A stretch of DNA of 58,186 nt, counting the filler, from Barthelona sp. PAP020 (Eukaryota): assembly GCA_040182905.1 (NCBI GenBank). It is 5 parts of 5 records of this genome, joined end to end, with 100 filler letters (N's around TTAATTAATTAA, not from the genome) between each part and the next. Parts side by side here need not be neighbours in the genome. Positions count along the whole stretch, not along the records: positions 11,686 to 23,249 come from JARQWU010000370.1; positions 23,350 to 34,882 come from JARQWU010000371.1; 3 more parts are not named here. One strand, written 5' to 3'. The notes beneath the pieces are model-generated. The model was not told the DNA's origin and made no database searches. It was given only the letters and a program-made list of their open reading frames with translations. Every line of letters starts with the position of its first letter. The stretch's first letter is position 1. The position numbers were made by a program, and so were the translations under genes. Positions 21,871 to 31,540 of the stretch are shown here, in pieces.

Positions 21871-23249
21871 ATGTCATTTAAAATTAATGTGGGTGTTAGA
21901 GTTAGACCATTAACCAAAGAAGAGGTTAAAAATAGTCACAATTTTGGTTACACAATCAATGAAAATGAAATTAGTTTGAAAGATGATACAACCAATGATT
22001 CGAAATTTATTTTTGATTATATTTTTGACCAAAAATGTTCAAATACAAGTTTATTTAGAGAAATAGCATATAATATTGTAGAAAAATCTTTTTTTGGTTA
22101 TCATGGGACAATTTTTGCATTTGGTCAGTCTAATTCAGGCAAAACGTATACAATGACTGGTAAAGATAATGACCCAGGAATAATTCCTCAATCTATATAT
22201 AAACTGTTTGATCTAGTTAAAAAGAGCCAAAAGATCAAATACAGCATAAACATCTCATATTTTGAGATATATAATGAGAAAGTTTATGATTTATTGGAAC
22301 CAAATAATCAACCAATAATAAGAGAATTGAATAAAGAAGTGTGTTTGGAGAATTGTGCAAATGTTTGTGTTTCTGATCCCAATGAATGCCTACAATGGAT
22401 AAAAAAAGGAGAAATTAATCGTAGTGTTACTGCAACACAAATGAATAAAATTAGCTCTCGTAGTCATGCGATTGTTCAATTAACTATTGTTGGAAAAGAG
22501 GTTTGTGGAACAGAAGAAGAAGAATTTGAGTTGGTGAAAAAAGCTTACTTAAATTTGGTCGATTTAGGAGGTTCAGAAGCCTATAAACATACCAAGGCAG
22601 AAGGAAAAACATTTGTTGAAGCTTCCTACATTAATAAGTCCTTATTGTATCTCAGCTTAGTAATTAATGAACTGTTGAAGCAAGAAGAAACCAAAGAGAA
22701 ACAGTTTATTAGTTATCGAAATTCGAAATTGACGAGGCTATTGCAAAATGCATTGGGCGGTAATTCAAATACTGCAATTATTTGTTGTATCACACCATCT
22801 GATCAATTTTTGGATGAATCACTTAAAACTATGTCATTTGGCCTTAATGCGGCTAGGATTGAAAACAATGTTGTTCAAAATCATTCTCTTGATGAACAAG
22901 ATACACTCACAACACTAAAATTTTCGCTTTTTCAATTGCGAGCAGAGAAGCTCAAGTTGGAACAAAAATTGTCTGCCCAACATGCAATTCAGCATGAGTT
23001 ATATTCTTTACAAGATGAATTGGAAGAAACAGCTATGGTTATCTCAAGATCTAAAATGGAAATAAGTGCCAGAGAGGCAGAAGTCTTGGAACTAAGGGAA
23101 GAATTGATAAAAAAGAATGAAATGATAGATGTGGCCAGAACTAAGTTTGATAAATTAAAGAAACAAACTGATGCTCAAATGAATTTCCTCTCTAATGAAG
23201 TTGAAAGAGAAATTGAAAACAATGAACGTTTGACTTCTCAAAACCGTTT
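21871..23249 (+). CDS. N-terminal-motor kinesin (kinesin-7/CENP-E-like), 3'-truncated by gap
   Basis: VRVRPL, P-loop GQSNSGKT, EIYNE, switch I NKISSRSH, switch II DLGGSE, YRNSKLTRLLQ, then coiled coil. Confidence 0.92.
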
Positions 23250-23349
23250 NNNNNNNNNNNNNNNNNNNNNNNNNNNNNNNNNNNNNNNNNNNNTTAATTA
23301 ATTAANNNNNNNNNNNNNNNNNNNNNNNNNNNNNNNNNNNNNNNNNNNN
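23250..23349. other. Artificial contig linker
   Basis: N44-TTAATTAATTAA-N44. Confidence 0.97.
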
Positions 23350-23350
23350 C

Positions 23351-23674
23351 CAATTAAATGCTTTGTTCAAAGTTATTGCTCCTGAACAATGGGAAAACAT
23401 TGTTTTAGCCTATGAACCCGTTTATGCCATTGGAACTGGAATTGTTGCAACTCCTGAAGCAGCTGAATCTGCTCATGCATTCTCTCGCCAATACATTGCC
23501 GAAAATGTTAATGAATCTGTTGCTGAAAATGTCATCATTCTTTATGGTGGCTCTGTTAAACCTGGTAATGCTGCTAATTTGATTGCTCAACCAAATATTG
23601 ATGGTTTCTTAGTTGGTGGTGCCTCTTTAGTGCCTTCTTTCACTGAAATTATTCAAGCCGTTGCCAGTGCATAA
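23351..23674 (+). CDS. TPI: Triosephosphate isomerase, C-terminal part (5'-truncated)
   Basis: AYEPVYAIGTG, YGGSV, GFLVGGASL signature motifs. Confidence 0.95.
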   Translation, partial: QLNALFKVIAPEQWENIVLAYEPVYAIGTGIVATPEAAESAHAFSRQYIAENVNESVAENVIILYGGSVKPGNAANLIAQPNIDGFLVGGASLVPSFTEIIQAVASA

Positions 23675-24006
23675 ATGTTGTTGTTTTTTCTTTTTTTTTT
23701 TAATTTTTGTTGTGGGGAAGATTGAAAAATTAGTTGGGCAATGGTTGGAGTCTTTGTTTAATCAATGGGATAAAAATGATGAAAAGATCCTTAAAGCCCT
23801 TCCAATTCATAGATTTTATTCATCAATAATTTTGAAAATGTATCCAAAATAACAAATGTAAAAATTGTTGATTTTTGAAATCCTTTTGATTTCCACCGAT
23901 CAATGAAAAAAAAAAAAGAAAAATGAAATAACAGAGAAAAATGATGAAGAATTGTTTGAAAAAGATTTTTAGATTCTCATTTTTTATCTATTTTTGATTT
24001 GCAATT

Positions 24007-25533
24007 ATGTGCATTAAAAATCTATATGAAAATGATCTAAAAATCATTTTAGAAAATATCAGTGATGAAACTTTTTTACAAAACTACAAAAAATGTGAAG
24101 CAAATTCTTTTGACCAATCCATCGATTCCAATTTTAGAGACCTATATCATTTAATAAATGAAGTAAATTCTGATTATGCTCAAAAATATTTATCATTTTT
24201 AATGGATTATTTGATATCAAATAGAAGATACGAATTATATGTGTTTCTTTTGTGTAAAATTAATTTTGATGAAACTTTTAAAGTTGATATTATGAAAAAT
24301 ATAAGAATTTTGCCTGAGAGTTATGAGATCATTGAGAAAATAAATGGAAGCATCCCTTTAAATTTGGTTTCTATGTCTAATGATAAAAAATATTTGTTTG
24401 TCAGTAACCTTGAAGAAAAATCTTTTCTTTTTAATGCGCTAAATTTTGAAGTTTTAAAACATTTCGATTTTGCTGTAGAACAATGCAGTTGGTCTTTTGA
24501 TTCAACAAAAATGCTTCTAAACAGTTGTGGAATGTGTAAATTAATTGATATTCAAAATTTGACTGAAATTTGGACAAATGAATCAGATTCAGATTGTACT
24601 GGATATATTATTGATGGAAGAAATTTTTTTATTACTGTTCAAGGGGGTGTTTTGTTAAAAAAAATTGATTTGAATTCTCTTGATACAATACAAACGCTAA
24701 ATTTTGATTTAGAAATCCTTCAAAAAGTAGTGATTTCCTCAGATGGTGATAATATGGCTATTTGTGGAAATATAAATGAAATAATTATATGTGAAATTGA
24801 TTCCTTTAAAATTTTAACAATTTTACCAAAGTCTATCAGGGAGCAATTGAATGATATTGCAAATATTGTTTTAATTAAGGGTCGTTTGATTGTTTTTTCT
24901 CTGTATGCTTCAGAATTAATTCTGATTGATTACGATTTGATGCAAATTGTCAAAAAGAAGAAAACAAATGGTTATTGCTTTTTTTCAAGAGTATACTATG
25001 ATTCTTTAATCTCAACAATCATAAATATGGACAGTAGTGGTTTTAATATGGATGGTAATATTACCATTTTTGATCTTAACACTTTAGATATCATTCAGGA
25101 AATTGATGTTCCTGGTTTTACTTTGGCATTCTATTTGGACAATAAAAATAAATACATTTATTTTACTGGTTCAACTAAAGAATTCGCAGTTAATCCCATT
25201 TCCAATCTTTCATTTTTAAGAAGATTCAAAGTATCTTTATTTTCAAAAGAAGATACCTTCATATATGATGATAACTTTGTAAACGTTTTGGTTAAATATT
25301 CTCAAACTATTGAGGAGGGCATTTTGTCAAGACTTCCAGAATTTTTCAAATCAAACAAATTTATTCGTTTATTGATCAGTAAAGGATTCAATATAGTTGA
25401 TCAGAACGAATTTTTAAGCATAAAAGATGTGTGTTGGGATCTTGCCGATTTAAACAAAGAGAATGGTGGTAATTTATCTGAGTTTTTGGATTATCTTTGT
25501 AAGAATGAAGATATTAGCGATGATGATGACTAA
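24007..25533 (+). CDS. Divergent beta-propeller protein with C-terminal CWDL/NGGN domain and acidic tail (family member 3)
   Basis: Degenerate propeller strands; C-terminal IRLLISKG...CWDLADLNKENGGNL; SDDDD tail. Confidence 0.75.
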   Translation: MCIKNLYENDLKIILENISDETFLQNYKKCEANSFDQSIDSNFRDLYHLINEVNSDYAQKYLSFLMDYLISNRRYELYVFLLCKINFDETFKVDIMKNIRILPESYEIIEKINGSIPLNLVSMSNDKKYLFVSNLEEKSFLFNALNFEVLKHFDFAVEQCSWSFDSTKMLLNSCGMCKLIDIQNLTEIWTNESDSDCTGYIIDGRNFFITVQGGVLLKKIDLNSLDTIQTLNFDLEILQKVVISSDGDNMAICGNINEIIICEIDSFKILTILPKSIREQLNDIANIVLIKGRLIVFSLYASELILIDYDLMQIVKKKKTNGYCFFSRVYYDSLISTIINMDSSGFNMDGNITIFDLNTLDIIQEIDVPGFTLAFYLDNKNKYIYFTGSTKEFAVNPISNLSFLRRFKVSLFSKEDTFIYDDNFVNVLVKYSQTIEEGILSRLPEFFKSNKFIRLLISKGFNIVDQNEFLSIKDVCWDLADLNKENGGNLSEFLDYLCKNEDISDDDD

Positions 25534-25776
25534 CTCACAAATTTCTATTCAAAATGTCTTAAATACTGTGTAACATGTAAATTTTGTATATTTTTTCTTT
25601 CGTTGGACGAAAACAATGTTTTGAAAAACAAACATGACATTGAATGGATCAAACCCAATTGAAATAGTATTCCATCATTCATATCAGTTTTTCTGTGTCC
25701 CAACCCAAATATTTTGTAAATACAACAATGAACAAATAAAAACTGGCAAAAAATAAGAGAAAAATCTTTTTTTTTA

Positions 25777-27348
25777 TCATTCAACTAAATTATTGGCAGT
25801 CATTTCAACAGGAATAGGTAATTCCAACAAATGCAAAACAGTAGGTGCAATATCAGCTAATTTGGGATTATCTCCAGGGACCAATTTACGACCATTGATA
25901 TCATTGGAAATCCAAATGAGATCAACAGGATTGCAACTATGAGAGGTCTTAATAAGACCAGTCTCATAATCAATCATTTGATCAGCATTTCCATGGTCAG
26001 CAGTAAGAAGTACATGACCACCTAATTCAAGAATTCTATTGACGACACGACCAACGCATTCATCAACAACTTCTGCTGCTTTCTTGGCAGCTTCAAAAAC
26101 ACCAGTATGACCAACCATATCAGTATTGGCATAGTTTACAAGGATGAAACCGTATTTTTCAGGTGTCTCTTCAAGAATGCTTAAAATTTTGTCAGTGACA
26201 TTGTAGGCTTCCATTTCTGGATGTTTGGCAAATGTTGCAGGATCAAAACGAGAAGGAACCTTAACTTGATCTTCTCCCTTGGCTGGTGTGGTGGATTTTC
26301 CATTGAAAAAGGAAGTAACATGTGCAAACTTTTGGGTTTCAGCAATACGTAACTGGTTAATTCCATTTTCAGCCAAAACATCAGTGAGAAGATTTTCCAT
26401 TCCTCCACCAGAAGACATTGGTTCCAAAATATAGTTGTTAAAGGCATCATAATATTGAGTAAAACCAAGATATTTGATTCCTTCAGGTAAAGGCTTAATG
26501 TTACCAGCATATCCTTCAGGATCAACAAAAGCCATTGATAATTGAATAGCACGATCTTGTCTGTAGTTGGTGTGCACAACAACATCATTGGGTAACATAC
26601 CAGAATAATTACCGATACTATGAGGTGGAATGTATTCATCAGTCATGTCAGAACCATCAGGTGTTTTATCGTTGTCATAAGACGCCTTAACAGCGTCAAT
26701 AACATTTTCAACCTTCTTTCCTTCACCAAAAACAATTGCGTTGTAGGCCATATTGGTGAGTTCACGATTCCAGGCACGATCCATACCATAGTAACGACCC
26801 ATAATGGTACCAATTTCACAATTTCCAAGTTTTTCCATATGTTTTTGAAGACGTGCAATATATTGTTCAGTAGAACGAGGAGGTGTATCACGACCATCCA
26901 AGAAAGGATGAATAATAATCTTTCCAACAGGATTAGTGGCACGAGCCCAATCCATAAGAGTTAAAAGATGTTGAATATGTGCGTGAACACCTTCATCTTG
27001 TAATAATCCAAAGAGATGCAAAGAAGAACCACAAGAAATCCATTGTTCAGAAAGTTCTTTGAATTTAGGACCATCAAAAAAAGTTTCTGCAAGCATTTCA
27101 TCGTTAATACGTTTAATTTCTTGAATTACAATTCTTCCAGCTCCCATATTTAAGTGACCAACTTCAGATGATCCTTGACATCCATCAGGAACACCAACAG
27201 GTTCACCAGAAGCTTCAATAACAACATTAGGATAAGTATCTAAATACATATCATTATTTGGAATGTTAGCTGCAGCAATAGCATTCATTTCGGTGTTAGG
27301 ATTCTTACCCCAACCATCTCGAACAATAACACAAACAGGACCAGTCAT
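25777..27348 (-). CDS. gpmI: 2,3-bisphosphoglycerate-independent phosphoglycerate mutase (iPGM)
   Basis: DGWG, SEVGHLNMGAGR, DGRDTPP, GRYYGMDR, AETQKFAHVT, DMVGHTG, TADHGN; ATG at 27348. Confidence 0.95.
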   Translation of the reverse strand: MTGPVCVIVRDGWGKNPNTEMNAIAAANIPNNDMYLDTYPNVVIEASGEPVGVPDGCQGSSEVGHLNMGAGRIVIQEIKRINDEMLAETFFDGPKFKELSEQWISCGSSLHLFGLLQDEGVHAHIQHLLTLMDWARATNPVGKIIIHPFLDGRDTPPRSTEQYIARLQKHMEKLGNCEIGTIMGRYYGMDRAWNRELTNMAYNAIVFGEGKKVENVIDAVKASYDNDKTPDGSDMTDEYIPPHSIGNYSGMLPNDVVVHTNYRQDRAIQLSMAFVDPEGYAGNIKPLPEGIKYLGFTQYYDAFNNYILEPMSSGGGMENLLTDVLAENGINQLRIAETQKFAHVTSFFNGKSTTPAKGEDQVKVPSRFDPATFAKHPEMEAYNVTDKILSILEETPEKYGFILVNYANTDMVGHTGVFEAAKKAAEVVDECVGRVVNRILELGGHVLLTADHGNADQMIDYETGLIKTSHSCNPVDLIWISNDINGRKLVPGDNPKLADIAPTVLHLLELPIPVEMTANNLVE

Positions 27349-27634
27349 TTTAATTCGATTATAAAGAGTAATAAAAACAAAAATCTCTTTTATCTCAAAA
27401 TTTTCTTTCTTTTGGTTATTCAAATTAATTATTTAAGATATCAATAATAACAAAAATAAATAAATTATTAAATGTTTATTATTAACTTTCCCCAGTTTTA
27501 AAACCCCTTGTTTGGCTTATCAATAATTTTTTATTTGATCAACTTTTTTAAATACAAAAGAAATCACCAATTTTTGTCATATTTATCATAAAAAAGATTA
27601 AATAAATCAAAAAGCAAAATAAATGTGTAGAAGA

Positions 27635-28297
27635 TCAAATATTATCATTTTCTGAAGTATCAATATCTCCTCGAGGTTGAATATCCACAAAATAAGAGGT
27701 CAATTCATTTGAATATTTAAGACTTGGTTCATTTTCCAAATTTTCATTTTGAATAAATTCTGTTGATTTACGTTGTTTATCTAAAATAAAGTCTAAAATA
27801 GCATCATTATTAATGGATTTCAAAGAAAATGATTGAATTTCAGCCAGTTGTTTTGAAACTTCAATCTCTCGTCTTTTCCTTTCAGCTAATTTTTCCATTT
27901 GTGTCATTGTATCAGTAATCTGTAAATTGTCTTTTTCTTTTTCCTCTTCCTCTTTTTCACGAATATGTTTTGCCAACATTTTTCCTCCTTCTTTGACTAT
28001 AAATGTTGCATTTTGAGGGTCTGTTCTTAAAATAACAACATTTCCACAAGTTTTACAATGAAGATGAAACTCAAATAATTTAAATCCAAGATAATCTTCG
28101 TCTTTGACAACATATTTATGAGTATGAAACTTTGTTCCTCGATATAAATAATCGTTACACTCATCACACTGAATGGTAAATGGACATTCAATTCTTGATT
28201 CAACATAATCACGTTTTTTCCTTTTTCCTTTATTATTTTGTATGCCAAAATCATTTTCTGGTCGAATATATCGTTGAACTCCTTTTCTTTCAGCCAT
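27635..28297 (-). CDS. YJU2: Splicing factor YJU2/CWC16 (CCDC94/CCDC130 family)
   Basis: MAERK start, PFTIQCDEC, GTKF, YLG, CKTC, RTDP motifs. Confidence 0.85.
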   Translation of the reverse strand: MAERKGVQRYIRPENDFGIQNNKGKRKKRDYVESRIECPFTIQCDECNDYLYRGTKFHTHKYVVKDEDYLGFKLFEFHLHCKTCGNVVILRTDPQNATFIVKEGGKMLAKHIREKEEEEKEKDNLQITDTMTQMEKLAERKRREIEVSKQLAEIQSFSLKSINNDAILDFILDKQRKSTEFIQNENLENEPSLKYSNELTSYFVDIQPRGDIDTSENDNI

Positions 28298-28478
28298 AAA
28301 GAAAAAAAAAAATCACATTCAATTACATATTGTTTAAAATTAGTTGAAAATTGTTTTTAACAAACAAAATAAATCAAAACAATGAATGAATAGAATTTTT
28401 TTGTTTAGCCATAATTTTTATGTTTGTTGGAAAACCAATTTTTTTCTTTGAAAAGATCTGGTTATTATTCGACATCTA

Positions 28479-29714
28479 ATGAGTGTAATAGATTTGAGTG
28501 CTTCTACTTATAGATTAAAGTCGAACGAACAAATTATATTGGACGGAATACCTTTTCCTGTTGAACCTGATCTTCTGAAACAGATATTTGATGAATTATG
28601 TACAGACATGAATTTTAAACCCGAATATTTTGATTTGCAATTGTCCAAAGAACAAAAAAACAGTATAAAAGAACAATTTATAAAATGGGGAGAAAATCCA
28701 AGTAATACTAAACCTTTTGAAAATATAGATAGACAATTGTTGGCTGGTTTTGCTGGAACTTACATAAATCCTCAAGGAAGTGAAGATTTTTTGAATTTTA
28801 CAAAGGATTTTGCTGAAGGTGTTTTAAAGTTAACAGTAAAATGCGAAAATGATAGTATGTGTTACAAAAATTTGAGAATTCTTGTGTTAGGCCATACAAA
28901 TCCTCGAGCCAAATCAATCTTGTTGTCTCTAATGAATTTTTATGAGCATTATTCGGTTATATTTGCTAGAAATTGTATAATAGAGCATCCAAAGGATTAT
29001 AATACCGAGATAGACAACTTTAATAAGCAATTTCTGAAACAAATTAGCAAAATGGTCATTGTTACTCCAGCCAGTGCAATAGCATCTGATCTATTGCAGG
29101 GAAAAGATATTGAAGCATTAGCCTTGCGAGCCATTATATTATTGAAGGAAGGTTTGTTTGAGGTACCAGATACTCAATTAGAAACGCCTCAAAAAGTTGT
29201 TGATTCAACCAGTCCCTTTAAGCTCACATCATCTGGAGAGTACTTCACTGGAGAATTGGATAACTTTGGTCGCCCCTCAGGGTTTGGTTTACTCATAGAT
29301 TTGGATAACTTCAATGTTATTAGAGGACATTTTGTTGATGGAATAGCGACTGGGATGGGTATTCAATCCAATTTAAACTTGCCTCCTTCTATGTTCATTG
29401 GACAATTTAATGAAGGTCTAAAAGTCACTGGAAGAGAAATGGTAGCAATGTCAGATGAAATGAAGTTTTTTGAGCTCTTTGAAGGTGATTATGTAAATGG
29501 TCAAAGAAACCATGGGAGATTGATGAATTCTTCTGGTATTTATGAAGGCCAATTTTTTGAAGAGTTACCAAATGGAAATGGTTTTCAATTGTTTAAAAAT
29601 GGCGTTCGATTTGTTGGTACATTTGAAAATGGTCACCCAAAAGGTATTGGACAAATTAGTGAACCCACATCATCAAAAAAAAAAAGATTTCTTCATAAAA
29701 AACATAATGTGTAA
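28479..29714 (+). CDS. MORN-repeat protein with a possible degenerate RhoGAP-like N-terminal domain
   Basis: C-terminal YxGx(F/L)...PxGxG repeats; helical N-terminus with RhoGAP-like spacing. Confidence 0.7.
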   Translation: MSVIDLSASTYRLKSNEQIILDGIPFPVEPDLLKQIFDELCTDMNFKPEYFDLQLSKEQKNSIKEQFIKWGENPSNTKPFENIDRQLLAGFAGTYINPQGSEDFLNFTKDFAEGVLKLTVKCENDSMCYKNLRILVLGHTNPRAKSILLSLMNFYEHYSVIFARNCIIEHPKDYNTEIDNFNKQFLKQISKMVIVTPASAIASDLLQGKDIEALALRAIILLKEGLFEVPDTQLETPQKVVDSTSPFKLTSSGEYFTGELDNFGRPSGFGLLIDLDNFNVIRGHFVDGIATGMGIQSNLNLPPSMFIGQFNEGLKVTGREMVAMSDEMKFFELFEGDYVNGQRNHGRLMNSSGIYEGQFFEELPNGNGFQLFKNGVRFVGTFENGHPKGIGQISEPTSSKKKRFLHKKHNV

Positions 29715-29944
29715 AAATGTAGTTTAATGTTTTTTTTCAATATATTAATTTATGTAATTAAAACAGATATGAAAAAATTTTTACTTCACCTTTTCAAATC
29801 ATTGAAAAAAAAAAACATAAAAAGCCTTTAACTCTTCATAAATCAGAAAAATTAATCAAGTGTTAAATTTCAAAATAGCAATTGGAAACAAAAAAAATCC
29901 ATTTGTCTCCACAAAAAAAGGCATCATCTTTATTTTTTTTTCAA

Positions 29945-30268
29945 ATGAATATCGAAAAGACTATTATTATCCCTGGTACTGGTGCCACTCCCGCTAAAAA
30001 TAACAAAGTTGTTGTTCATTATACTGGTTCTTTTGAAGATGGAAGAATTTTTGATTCATCTGTTCAAAGAGGTCAACCTTTCTCTTTCATTCTTGGTGTT
30101 GGTCAAGTTATTGCTGGTTGGGATAGAACTGTTGCTGAAATGAAAATTGGTGAAAAGTGCCGTGTCAAAATTCCTAGTGAATTGGCTTATGGAGCTCGTG
30201 GTGCTGGTGGAATTATTCCTCCTCATACCGATTTGATCTTTGAAATTGAACTTCTTTCTTTCAATTAA
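29945..30268 (+). CDS. FKBP12: FKBP12-type peptidyl-prolyl isomerase
   Basis: VHYTG, FDSS..RGQPF.F.LG.GQVI.GWD, AYG..G..G.IPP, FEIELL; ATG at 29945. Confidence 0.95.
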   Translation: MNIEKTIIIPGTGATPAKNNKVVVHYTGSFEDGRIFDSSVQRGQPFSFILGVGQVIAGWDRTVAEMKIGEKCRVKIPSELAYGARGAGGIIPPHTDLIFEIELLSFN

Positions 30269-30423
30269 TTTTTTCAAGTGAAGTAAATGTTTGTTTTTCA
30301 AATTTTTTTTTTCATTAAAAATCAACAAACTTTGGTTGATTAAATCTGTCAAATATCAAAAAATAAAAACTGGTAATTTACTATTTAAAATTGTTTGTGC
30401 ATACCTATAATTCTTTGAAGCGA

Positions 30424-31299
30424 TTAAATTCTACTGCCATTTCCCCAAATGAACTCAACATCTTTATTTTCATCATTAACAATTTGTTTAGGATTCAATT
30501 GTTTCTCTTCCATGCCTTTTTGTGATTCCCAAGGAACAGGAGACGGAGAAGAATCCTCGTTATCCTCAATATCCTTGTTTTCATCAAATACCTTCCAGGG
30601 TTCATCGGTAGGTACCCTCATACCACGAACATACCCAGAATTATGTACATCTTCAACAACTGGGGGTGGAAGCATTGGTGCGTCCAAAGCATCAAGCATA
30701 TGATAAGGTAAATCACAATCGATGATACAAACAGCATCAGTTGGTTCCAAGCTTATTACATTGATTTCATACTCCCTTTGTAAATACATACAAATAATGG
30801 TTTGACCCACAGTTAAACATGTATGATTCAACAAAGTATTCTGCAAGACAGTTCTTGGGTCTGATAACTCTGTAAAAGCATGTTCAACAGGCTGTAAAAC
30901 AGCTTCTTTTATGGTTGGACATTGAATAGACCGAATTAAAACTAATTGTCCGGGTTCAACACCTAATTGTTGCATCAACCAAGTAGGGGCATAACATCCA
31001 TCAACAAAAGTTTGTGGAGCAACTCCAACAGTCATTTTTTTATTTGTTGCAATATTCATTATTTCTAACATGAAAATTTTAGAAGTTGTAGAGCTTTCGT
31101 ATAAAGAAGCCAAACTGGATGATGATAATCCTATCTTACCACCATATTCTAGTTCTTGAGGAACATAATCCATTTGATTTATAAAAGGATAAATTCTCAT
31201 TGATTCATTCCAACCATTTTGATTGGAATTATTATCATAATGATTTAATCTTTGATTGTGACCATTGTCACCTGTAAAAAAACGTGAAATAAAATTCAT
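30424..31299 (-). CDS. UFD1: Ubiquitin fusion degradation protein UFD1-like
   Basis: EYGGKIGLSSS.L, PTWLMQQL, LQP...F.ELSDPRTVL..TL..HTCLTVG, AVCIIDCD; first ATG at 31299. Confidence 0.85.
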   Translation of the reverse strand: MNFISRFFTGDNGHNQRLNHYDNNSNQNGWNESMRIYPFINQMDYVPQELEYGGKIGLSSSSLASLYESSTTSKIFMLEIMNIATNKKMTVGVAPQTFVDGCYAPTWLMQQLGVEPGQLVLIRSIQCPTIKEAVLQPVEHAFTELSDPRTVLQNTLLNHTCLTVGQTIICMYLQREYEINVISLEPTDAVCIIDCDLPYHMLDALDAPMLPPPVVEDVHNSGYVRGMRVPTDEPWKVFDENKDIEDNEDSSPSPVPWESQKGMEEKQLNPKQIVNDENKDVEFIWGNGSRI

Positions 31300-31540
31300 A
31301 ACATACAATAATTGATCTTATGAATTGTTTGAACAAAAAAAAATAAATAGGGATTTTACAGAACTAAAAATTTCAAATAAAGAGGTATTTATATAAAGAA
31401 AAATTAGAAAAATGATTCCATTTCTTCAAAATCTTTGAAGAAAATAGGAAATAGAAGAAAAATCCATAGAAAACCACAAAAACCATTTTTGTTTTTTTAA
31501 TCGTTTAAACTGTTTTTAATTGTGCTGTAATTAAGTTTTA

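Noticed and set aside
22558..22578. Kinesin switch II DLGGSE instead of DLAGSE
   Set aside because: A single conservative change with the other motor motifs intact; not enough to claim altered function
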